Below are positions 25,463 through 36,562 of a stretch of DNA of 64,000 nucleotides, in pieces. A program made the position numbers and the translations under genes. This stretch comes from Utricularia gibba. Lineage: Eukaryota; Plantae; Magnoliophyta. The stretch spans positions 186,001 to 250,000 of the forward strand of contig NEEC01000030.1 in NCBI GenBank assembly GCA_002189035.1. Reading direction: 5' to 3'. How positions within the stretch are numbered: position 1 is the first letter of the stretch; each line of letters starts with the position of its first letter. The notes under the pieces are model-generated. The model did not search any database, was not told where the DNA came from, and saw only the letters and a list, made by a program, of their open reading frames with translations.

Positions 25463-28400
25463 AAATCATGTTGGTGAGAGTAAATTATGGGATATTATGG
25501 GAGATGTATTTGAAGTAGGTAATGTTGGCATTTTGGAGAATGCAACTCTTTAATTGGATGAACCTGAATTTGAAATGGAGGAATTGGAATTGAATGTTCA
25601 AGAGATATGAGTGGGTATTGAAGGAGTTGATCTGAAAAAAACCATTATAACTTTGTTATGTATTTGATCATTTTAAGGTTGTCTTTGAATTAAGTATGTT
25701 TTAATTATTGATATTTTTGTAAGATTTTTTTTTGTATTAATAAAAAAATTAATGTTAAATAAACGTATCTAAGTCGTATCCTAATATGATACTTTTAAAT
25801 TTTTCGTATTCCTATCTTCGTATCGGTATCCATACTAATACGCACCCATATCCATGCTTTGTAGCTTTTTTTCAAATTGGAATACTTTTAGGTAGTATCT
25901 TTTGTTCTTCCACTCCATTTGAATGAGGAAGAAGTCATACTTTCACTTGAGCTTTATTTGTATTTTTTGATGGTCATATGTGGCTAGATATTTAGTTTAT
26001 AGGAATTGATGAAGTCTCTTTCAATATCATAAGTATAAAATCTTGGTTGTTCATTGGATTTTTTTCGGATTTTGTATAACTCCACACACATGTTGTAGTC
26101 TTTCTATAGTATCTTTTAATCATGATTCATGAGTAAGTAACCATTGCTTGCAGATTTTGATCTGGAGTAGAATGAAGAGCACTGCCTCATTCTCTTCTAG
26201 TTTGAGAGAAATAGCAAAATTTTTTTGATTGAGATACTTTTTTCAAGAAGGAAAAGTGATGTCATACCCAAGCTATTGGTCATGGCTAATAGTGGGCACA
26301 TATGCAGAATTCTATTTTCAGAACAATTGATCACAATCCTGTTGTTTTCTCAAATGTCCAAGGAGGAGTAACATGAGATGAATTCCACGACAAGGGGAGA
26401 CAAAGAATAAAATACATTCTCCTCCTAGAAACATCTTCCCTTAGTCAAGGTCCTACATGTAAGTTTTATTTCCTATTTTCTATCTTTCAACCTTTCTTAA
26501 AAAATGACAGTTACCATTTTTCCAACTTCTTATGATCAACACTAGTAATACATTTAATTGTGTCTTACATTTTTCTATTTAAAATTTGTTGAGTAAGCAA
26601 TATGCAATAATATAAAAAATTATTCATTTTCCCAATTATCGTGATTGCCATTGTTGCTAACAGCCGATGAATGGGCATGTGCACATATGTTTGGAACAAC
26701 ATAGTGAGGTAGCATATGGGTACTCCCACAGCATAGCATGTCACAAGGCACACATGTTGGGTATAGGTTTTCTTCTTTATAAAATTTATAAAAATTCGCA
26801 TTCGATTACATGATTCATTTTCATGCTCTTTTGAATCTATAACCACAAATAACTTATATGCATATATAGTTCATTAATATTTTAAATAATAGGATTTCCA
26901 ATTGAATATTAAACTAATGTATTTAAGTTTAGATCCAATTTTTGTATACTTTATGTTATAAATGTAATTAGTTATTTTTATTTAACGAAATACAATTCTA
27001 TATTGTATATAGTGCTATTTAGGAACTAAATACGTAAAATAAGATAAATTGATCAATGATTTTTCAGTAAAACTATTGGATAAATAACTTTTTTTTGTAG
27101 AGATCTATTTTCATAAAAATCTCAAGTGTGGTGATTCAAGTCAAATCATTCGAAGTTGAAAATGTATTAGAAAACAAGATTGCTAAAATCAAGAAAACTT
27201 CTCTAGATTATGATGTGCTTCTCATAATTTCACCTAGGAGCAACAAAAGGCATACTGCATCTTCACTCAATAGGAGGTTCAAAATTCTACGATGGGAAAA
27301 TAAAATCCTAATAAATTATACTAAATCAAAAACTCAGTGCATCCATCTCTAATTTTGTATTAGCCATTTGAATGAACTATCCTTTGACATCATTTTACTA
27401 TGTAGGAGTTTACGTTGTTGAAGTAATCGAGATAAGGAAACTGATGTGTGTCGTTTCCACAACAAATTCTAATATTTTAAAAACTCGTAAAACACAAAAG
27501 CATAGTACGGGTGTCAAACGTAGGGAGTTGTTTTTTAGTGAAAGGTGAAATTACACCAAATACAACTGTCACAATTTGTAATTGGCTTTGTAAGTAAAAG
27601 GTGCAAGAAATGTAAATGATGAAGCTTGAGTAAGGGGATAAGAGGGTTGTAAACAAACAACAAGAATAAACATAAGCGATGAACCTTAAATAAAGAAAAT
27701 GTTCCTGGGTGTTGAATCTTTCCCATTTATGTTTGTCACATCTTCACTCTTCTCTGATCTTCTTCAATACTCGATTATAGGAGTAAGTAATTGTCTACCC
27801 TCTCTTACACTCTCTTGCAAGAAGGCATGAAAATAGCTTGGTGTTGCTCCTCCTTGGACGAACATGAAGATAAGAGGTCTTGCCAACGTACCCTCACGGT
27901 TGAATTGTGCGCGTATGCCCGAGTGTTACCAATGACCCAATGAGTCCAAATACGAGGTCACTATCTATCCATGGATCCTGAGATACGGCGACAAACAAAA
28001 CGTTGTCTCCCTCCTACCAAAAGGGCATGAGTTCGTGCTCTCCACCTTGCTCATCTTCAAAACTTGCAAGTAGTGATAAGCTAACCATGAATCTTGAATA
28101 AGAGAACTGTTACAAAAAGACTGTAACATAGCCGCCCGAAGACATATGAAACCCAATCAAATTCAATGAAGAGATGAAGATAAACTAACAAAACATAGAT
28201 CTGGGAGTGTCCTAACCTAGAAATGGAAGTTTCTAGCTGCGAACGTCCATACAAACTACAAAAACGAAAACAAGGTTCTAGAGAGAAGCTAGAGGAATAT
28301 CCTCTAGAGAGATAAACAAAAGTCTAAACAAAACTATCCAAAAGTGAATTCTAAATGTTGGAACAAAACTAAACTTCAATGAGAGTCTGAGTTTTCTTGT

Positions 28401-28625
28401 CCCCTTGGTTCTGTTGTGAATTGGCATCCTTCTTTTTTTTTTTTTGAACATGAGGTGTCATTGGGCCGTGGATATACAACAAAAACATGAGAGCAATCCT
28501 AAACATGTCTCATCCCTAATGCATATCATAAAAGCAAGAAATTCGGTGTATGGAAAAATCTAGAAGGTTTCCTAGCAGCTAGATAAGTCTAAGCACCCTA
28601 ATCATGGATGAGTCATAAGGAATAC

Positions 28626-30242
28626 CTAGGCATGGATGTGTTTGTCAAGGGATGTAGGGGCAGTCGCTAGAGGAACTTCAGATGAGTCGCCATATGGATC
28701 TACAATGGTGTGCGGCATCACGGTGGTCTTACTCTTGGTTCCCGCTTGGACAAAAACAACACGTTCTCCAGCCTCCTTTAGGTAGCTGCACTGAAAAAGG
28801 TCAACCAAATCTAGGTACTGGAAATGAGCATCTACCTTGGGTGTGTTGGCTATGAGATCCACGTTGAGGTGCATCGTGAGCTTAGTGATGAGGGATGCGA
28901 ATGGAAGCACTCATTCACTAAGCGATGCCACACAATTCATGTGCGTGGCAATCCACCAGCCAAGGTTGATCGAGATCTTCTTCATCATGGCCCAAAAGAA
29001 GAACACTACCACTTTGGAGAGCACACTGGTGCTCTAGCGAGTGGCAGAATAGCATCCTCCGAGATACATGTTCAAAAATAACAACGCAGGGGCCCTCAAA
29101 TGATGGGCCTTGAGTTTGGAACTTAGGAAAGGTGGTTCACACACAGACATGGAACCATAAGCAGAATGAACATCAAAAGATGGCAGATAGTCACAACATG
29201 ATTGCAAATAATGAGCAGAAGTCAATTCATCCTCAGACACAAAATCAAGAGCAACATTAAAATCATTCACAGAAAGTTAAAAATCCTTCCCACCTAACCG
29301 AAAAGAAATGAGAGGTTCTGCAATAGGGTTCCCTTCCACACCATAAAAAAAAAGTAGCATAGAACGCAAAAACTATTTTCGAAAAACAAGAAGTTCAACT
29401 TCTGAAAAACGATGCCATTCATGTGAAAATTCAAACATACAGTTAATATCATATGTCAGATTCAAATGTACTAACGTAGGAGCATGTAGACGAAAGGCAA
29501 ATAAAATGCGGTGACTAGTTATAGCATTGAAAATGGCCTGAGATTTCTTTTGGGGAAACCTGACAGTGTACTAGATTTGAGTCCAGGCAGGAGATTCCAG
29601 TCAAGAACGATCTCTCCAGAACTTTTGACACCCATGTTGTCCTTTGCCACGCTGCCTACTGGAATGTTAGTGGAATGTTGTCCTTTTGACACCCATATTG
29701 ATGGCCTACTCCCCATCTTGGAATGTTAGTGGTGGTCCTTCATTAGTGGCTCCCTTTATTTCTACAATCCATAAATCCACTTCAAAATCAATGTTATCAT
29801 CCTCACCTTCTCCTTCCAAATGGGGTGAGTGTCTGCGTTCAGTAGCTGGTGGGCTGGCTGCCTCTTCTACTTCAATTTCCTCTTCTTCCTCCCCCAAGTC
29901 ATCCAATTGGAAATCTTCATCAGAGCTATCGGTATGAGCTTTGGTAGCAACAGCAACTTGCTCCAGTGTGTCATTTGCAATAGGGTATGGTGTGGCCTCT
30001 TTTTCTGGGGTTGCATCCTGCATTTCTTGGGTTGCTTGAAGTGCCTCGTCCTTCCATGGGAGGTACAAATCAGGAGGATGTTTGGCTAAAGGGGCTGGAG
30101 AAAATAGCGGAGAAATCTCCCAAGCGGAAGTTTTCAGTGAAGGCATAGATTGATGTTTGTGAGGCCTTGGCGAGGGTGAAGTAGAACGGCGTCGGTTCCT
30201 CCGTGATGGACCTTCAGTGGTGGCCTTGCGTCACCCAGCTAT
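28626..30242 (-). pseudogene. Athila accessory ORF region (acidic N-terminal part plus conserved 'plant transposon protein'-like part)
   Basis: LPFASLITKLTMHLNV resembles the LPFPxLITxLC motif of Athila extra ORFs; located between IN and the 3' LTR; broken into several ORFs. Confidence 0.6.
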
Positions 30243-31745
30243 GCAAAGTTTCCTAACAGAAGTGCAAAGAGATGAAGCAGAGGAAGAAGGTAGAATGAGA
30301 GTTTACAGAAGTGAAGGAATGTCTTACAAAAGAGTGGGGAAAGTGGGTTAGTGGTGGAAGTAGTGGTGTGAATGGGGAAATGGGAAGTTGTGGTGAGAGA
30401 AGAGTTCCAAGAATGATAATCATGAGGGGAAAAGAAAGTAAAATAATCAATCTCTCTCGGTAATGATGTGTGGGATAGTGTGTAATCCCAACAGAATCTT
30501 GGGGAACCTGAACGTCAAAAAAAAGTAAAAGAGGAAAGAGAAAATTAACTCTCGGGTTGTCTCCTGTGCAATGCCAAATTAAAGTCGTTGGCCGACTTGG
30601 TACACTACTAATGGTCCTCAAGTAAGAGCAAACAGCAGACTATTTGCGGCTCAAAGTTCTCATAATATGGTTTCAACATATGGCCATTGACCTTGAAATA
30701 TTTCCCTGTCTCATAAGAATGTATAACAACAGCAAATAAGGGAAAACATGTGAAACTTCATAGGTCCTTGTCATTTGGATCTCAGTTTTCTAGGAAAAAA
30801 TCTCAAAGTGGTATCATATAAAAGAACTTCCTAGCCAACTCGAAATTTCTTCTCATGTAACTTACTGTAATGGAAGTGTTTTACCTTCTCTTTTCTCATA
30901 CTTGATCACTAACCATGTTGCATGTTTTCATGACCCAGTATGCTTTGTGATGAATCTCTACTGAGAGATGGCAAGACTTGCCATAGATCATGCGAAAGGG
31001 AGACATTCCAATAGAATTTTTATAAGCGGTACGGTAGGCCCACAACTCATCTTCAACCTGAGACATTAGTCTCTTCTAATTGGATTCACTGTTCGTTCTA
31101 GAATGCATTTAATCTCCCGATTTGAGTTCTCAGCCTGCCCATTAGTCTGAGATGCCTACCTATAGAAAGAGAATGATGAACTCCGAATTTTGTTAGCATG
31201 GCCCTTATGACATGGTTCATGAAGTGGGTACCTCTATCCCAAATAAGAATCTTAAGATAACCAAACCTGGGAAAATGTGGGAAGTCAAGAAATAATTTAA
31301 TAGTTCTCATGTCATCTTTCTCACATGCCATGACTTCAACCCACTTAGAAACGTAATCAACAGCAAGAAGGATATAGGTCTTCCCCTTTGATGAAGGGAA
31401 AGGTCCCATGAAGTCAATACCTCAAGCATCAAAAATCTCGCAATGGTATGCATCTCGAAAAAGTGTGGGTCAATAGAAGCCAGCCTCTAGGACCTTGTTA
31501 GCTATGACCCTTGGACCAGAATGACCCTCACAAGGTAATTCATGACAATGAGTAAGATTCAAATTTACTTCACCTTAACGGATGCACTAATGAAGGATTT
31601 GGTAAGGTCCAATCTTCCACAGGTATGGGTCATCCCAAAAGTAGTGCATGTTGTCAATTCGCAACTCCTCCTTTTGATGATGTTGGAAGTCCTCTGGAAA
31701 ATGTCCTATTACAAGAAAATTCACAATGTTTGTGTATCAGAGACT

Positions 31746-33149
31746 TGATGACACACATTTTTCCTGAAATTCATAATATAAAATAGTTATATTTTATTAT
31801 GGTTTAGGTTAGATAAATGTGGTTTTTCATGTTTTAGTGGTGTTTATGTTAATCTTATGTGATTATGCTGAAAAGTGGACTAAATCCTTTGATTTAGTTC
31901 ACAACTTTTGTTACTCATGCTTCAGTAAGTTCAACAGGGAGATCAGCAGAAAAATCAGACTTGCAAGCATGTGAAACAAGTGAAAAAGGGTGCAAAATCC
32001 GGAGAAGGACAAAGAGCATTATTCTGCCGCCACCGCAGTCTGCAAGTTCAGGTTAGGAATAGTGCTGGCGGCCAGGAACAGTACTAGCAGTCAGAAATAG
32101 TGCAATGGAGTGAAGGAAAAGGGAAATTTATTTCGAAAAAGAGGGAGAGCGGGGATAGCCAGAGAGGAGACGCAAGGGGGCTTCTTCCCCAACACGAAAA
32201 ACACCAACCAGAAGGCGGAAAGAAGGCCTTCGTTGTCAAGAGCACCATCGGAGCGCAGTCCAGCGCTACTGTTCTGTGCTATGAACAGTAGCAACCAGGC
32301 GATAGAACAATCTTTATTTGCTTTCCATTTTCTGAACATTTTGAGTTTTTGCATTTGAGTTGTTTACAATGTTTCTGCCATTTTGGCCAACTTATATGAT
32401 TGAAATCGTGTATTATTTCCCAAGCATGAGTGGTTAAAGTCTTAGGGATGTCTTAAGGTGAAGTGGGGTGGTGTGTGCTTAAGGTTGATGATGAAATTTA
32501 TGTGTGTTCCTTAACTCTTGTTTCTAACAAACCATGGGTAGACCTAATGTGGGAAACAAGTAGTTTAACAAATTAGATGCTTGGTTTAGAGGTAGACCAA
32601 CAAACCAAGACGGAGCAGTCGGTGTTAGTCTAGGGTAGAATCAGTAGAACCAGGTAGACCTAGTTCTATATGCTTTGCATGCGGGTAGATCTAATTGCAA
32701 TGTTGGTTATGATTTTTGGGACTAGCTTAGCTGAAAATATGATGAATGACCTAGGTAAACTTAGGTTATTTGAAGTTGTGAGTGTAGGAACATGGTAAAT
32801 TAAATTAGGCATCTTAGCATAGCACTACCTACAGATCCTTAAGGCATCTTCGTGTTATTCTAAGTTAGAAATAGTACCTGTTACTTTTAGCGTTGAGACC
32901 TGATATTGCCTACCTACCTTGTTTACTGAACTTGTTTACCACTGTTAGTACGAGCTTAGACCAAGACTTACTGTTATTCCGAATTATGCATTTACTAAAA
33001 AACTTAACAAGCACAAGCTCTTCGTGATCGACCCCAATATCCACTATGCAAGTTTTCTAAATTTGTATTTTGTGTAGATTAGGGATTATAAATTAATTTA
33101 ATAACGAATTTTCTATTTTCGCAACGAAATTAGGAATTTTCGTTTATCA
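31746..33149 (+). mobile_element. Family C Athila LTR inserted in the pol of the second Athila element
   Basis: TGATGACACAC...TTTCGTTTATCA; flanks AGACT/GCACT are not a clean TSD. Confidence 0.88.
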
Positions 33150-33245
33150 GCACTTCCATCATGGATCATATATAAGTGATTGTCAAGGAAGTTGTCCTCA
33201 ATGGGGCTGGATGCTTCTCCAGAGGTGATGTGGCTAAGGTGATCT

Positions 33246-34746
33246 TGTTAGTATATGTGTTCTACAGACAATCAACTCATTGGAAAATCTTATCTTATGA
33301 TATTTACTTTGAATTGTGATCAAATTTATATCATTGATAAAATCCTCTACTTGATCTATGTGGTATAGAAATTATGATGAGATCATAATGTGAGATTCTT
33401 CAAGCACTCATGATCAAGTTAAAAAGTCCCTAGCTAGAGTATTTGTGAAATGAGGATATCACAAATACGGATAAGTTGGCACACATTGAGTTCCCTAAAT
33501 TGTTTAGGCAATTGTTCTCACAATTGATGTAATGAGATTACTAGAATCTATGTGTGGATGTCGATTAGAGAATCGATTCACTGGATGACTCATCTTCGAG
33601 ATGCTACTATGGGAAGCTAACCAAGTGTCAGTAGCAAGATCTCGAATATGACAGCCGTGCAATTAAGCTTAGACTTGAGGTCAACAAAGTTATCTTGATC
33701 TTAAGCTCACATTTTCGCTCATTACTAATGGGAGCCTAACCATGGCTCGCCTAGTATGGATGGGTAGGGATGTGACTCCTTAAGGTTGGAGATAGTTGAT
33801 TGATCAATAAATGATTCATCACTCATGTTAGCGATGAGATCATATCTCAAGTAATTGCATCAAAGCCTAACAGTAAGTCCTGGGCCCAAGGTAATGACAC
33901 TCGAATTGTTTGAGTAGGTCATTGAGTGTTAGTGCTTGAATGCAATTATAAGTTTGATACATCAAAAAGACACACACCCATGTTCTAGTATCGAATGAGA
34001 TATAAGTATGATGAAAGCTGTTCATTGCATGGTGGCTGGTCATGGAAAGGCTCAATCAGTTCACCTAATTATTCTTACATCTTGGGGATCATGATATGTT
34101 GCTAGACATCACTCATGATCGATAATGATGGATTTGATTAATTAAGAGTTAATTAATAAATCCATTATTACGGCCTTGGTTGAAGAAGCCTATAGGGTCA
34201 CACACAATAGTGGAGTCACTCAACGATATAAAATAGAATGGCACAATTACATGAGATGTAATTGGTAAAGTGGATAAATTAAATTGAGAGTTATTTTGAG
34301 ATTAATATTGATTAAACTCAAAATAAAAGATCATATATAGATAAGATTTGGAATATATACATATCTTCACAAGATAAGATCTTTACGGAGATATGATTTG
34401 ATTTTACCATATATCTATCGAAAAAGATTTAGATCTAGAGATCGGCTCCGAAGGTCTTCGTGCTCTCTGAGACTAATCCACAAGGAGGCGTTTTTATCTA
34501 CTAGCACCTGAGGAATTCGACCAGCATTCAAGAGCCTTGAGAAGGTTATCAACGGAGTGCTCCGCGTGCGGATACCATAGAGGTCGTCTGCTATTGGCGG
34601 TTCGTGAACAAAGGAGTCATCTGAAAGTTATTTTAGAATCCCTTTGTCTAATGTATACCGTATTCCAAGATCTGCGTTGGGGGTTTTTGAAAATTTTTAA
34701 AATTCCGCTGCTTTTGAGACATACGATATCTATGAGAAACCCAACA
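33246..34746 (+). mobile_element. Solo LTR, Angela-type copia (family A)
   Basis: TGTTAGTATATG...GAAACCCAACA; perfect TSD GATCT; host RNaseH reads through (..NFVVD|HLSH..) when it is removed. Confidence 0.93.
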
Positions 34747-35929
34747 GATCTACCACAAAATTCTGGCATCCCTTCTTGTCTCAGATTTCTATGTCGAACT
34801 CCTAGGGCAGTAGGATCCATCTAATAAGACGAGGTTTTGAATCCTTTTTGTTCAAGAGATACCTGAATGCTGCATGATCGGAGTAAATAATTTTTCCAAG
34901 CAAGTGGGTTCTCAATTTTTCCAATGCAAAGATGATGGCCAAAAGCTCTCTCTATTGTTGTATAATTCCTTTTTGCATCATCCAAACACTTTGAGGCATA
35001 GTGGATCACATTTGATGCCTTCTCCAGCTTTTGTTTGAGGACCGCTCCTAGAGCTACATCACTAGCATCACACAATAGCTCAAAAGGAAAATTTCAATTA
35101 GGTGCCTAAATGATAGAGGCCGAAACAAGTCTTTCCTTCAAAGTATCAAAGGCTAACCGACAATTCTCATCAAAAGTGAAATCAACATCTTTGTGTAACA
35201 GATACATAAGGAGCGAATGTCTCAAACACAAGTAGGGTAAGGCAGTTTTTGGATTACCTCAACCTTTGCTTTGTCCACTTCAATTCCTCTCTTGGAAACC
35301 ACATGTCCCAAGATAATGCCTTGCTCAACCATCAAATGACAGTCCTCATAGTTTAGCACAAGGTTAGTCTCAACACATCTTTTCAAAATCAAAGACAAAT
35401 TTCCTAAGCATTCATCAAACTATTTCCCTAAACAATGAAATCATTCATGATGACCTCAATAATTTCTTCCACATACGCCGAAAAGATACTCACCATACAT
35501 CTTTCAAAAGTGGTAGGTGCATCGCATAGTCCAAATGGCATCCTATGATAGGAAAAGGTTCCAAAATTGCAAACAAAAACTATCTTGGATTGATCTTCGA
35601 GAGCCACGGGAATTTGGTGGAAACTGGAGTATCCATCCAAGCAACAATAGTGGCTCTTCCCTACAAGTCGTTCAAGCATTTGGTCTATAAAAGGAAGGGG
35701 ATAGTGGTCTTTCCTGGTGGTGGAATTAAGCTTGTGATAGTCCACACACATCCTCCAACCATTCTACACTCTTGTGGGAATGAGTTCCCCTTGTTCATTG
35801 CTCATCACTGTGATACCAGTCTTCTTTGGGACAACTTGCACATGACTATCCCACTCACTGTTAGAGATAGGATAAATGATACCTACGGATAACAGCTTCA
35901 AAATCTCCTTCTTGACCACTTCCACCATC

Positions 35930-35949
35930 GGGGGGGGGGGGGGGGGGGG
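35930..35949. repeat. G20 homopolymer
   Basis: 20 consecutive G at the QRRLN-P codons of the Athila RT. Confidence 0.9.
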
Positions 35950-36562
35950 TTCAGTCTCCTCTGTGGCTGCCGATTGGGTTTCGTCCCATCCTCTAGGTAA
36001 ATCCTGTGAGTGCAAATAGAAGGGCGTGTTTAGTGAACTGGAAATAGTAATAGGCAGAGTCTCATCATCACCAAGAATCAATTATTTCAAATGTTCAGGC
36101 AAAGTCTTTAACTTTAAAGATTGTGCTCAAATAATGGAAAGCACTAGTGGTTTGCTAGGTGTTTCCAAGCTAAGAAAAGAAATATCTTGAACATCAAGTT
36201 CATCGGTTGGATCGCTTGAATGATGGAAAACCTCAAGATCAGAAAGAGGAAAATCTTTCAGATTGAGAAATTTCCGTGTTGGATTCAGATTCGTGCTCTT
36301 GCTCATAGATCATCGCATAGTGATCAGTGTCAGTTTCGCATGTGGAGATTACATATATCTCACTAATCTGATCAGGATGCTTCATGGCTTTTTCGAGATG
36401 GCAGCCACTTACTGACAAAACGAGAAAATCATGTTTTCTTAGTGGGACAGTGTCCCATTTCACTCATCTCCACCTTAACTGTAGCCCACAAGCTTTAATG
36501 AATGAAACAGTAGTCATCTCATGCCAATCGTATCTCTCATAAAACAATTGTATTATTGAGTC

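Larger units (their letters stand above)
21606..25864 (+). mobile_element. hAT-superfamily DNA transposon
   Basis: TIRs CTACAAAGCACGTATAT / revcomp CTACAAAGCATGGATAT; CTTTTTTT on both flanks (21597-21604, 25865-25872; register off by 1 nt); GTATC-like subterminal repeats; transposase remnants inside. Confidence 0.85.
27442..36562 (-). mobile_element. Second Athila-type gypsy element (family E-like 3' LTR from 27442), 5'-truncated, with nested LTRs
   Basis: 27442 to ~28400 shares motifs with family E LTRs; IN ([31 protein letters not shown]), RH (CDASDVALGAVL), RT (KDHYPLPFIDQMLERL); 5' LTR not found. Confidence 0.82.

Noticed and set aside
25880-27440. Possible gene fragments between the hAT and the second Athila element
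   Set aside because: Only short AT-rich ORFs without motifs; I could not assign them.
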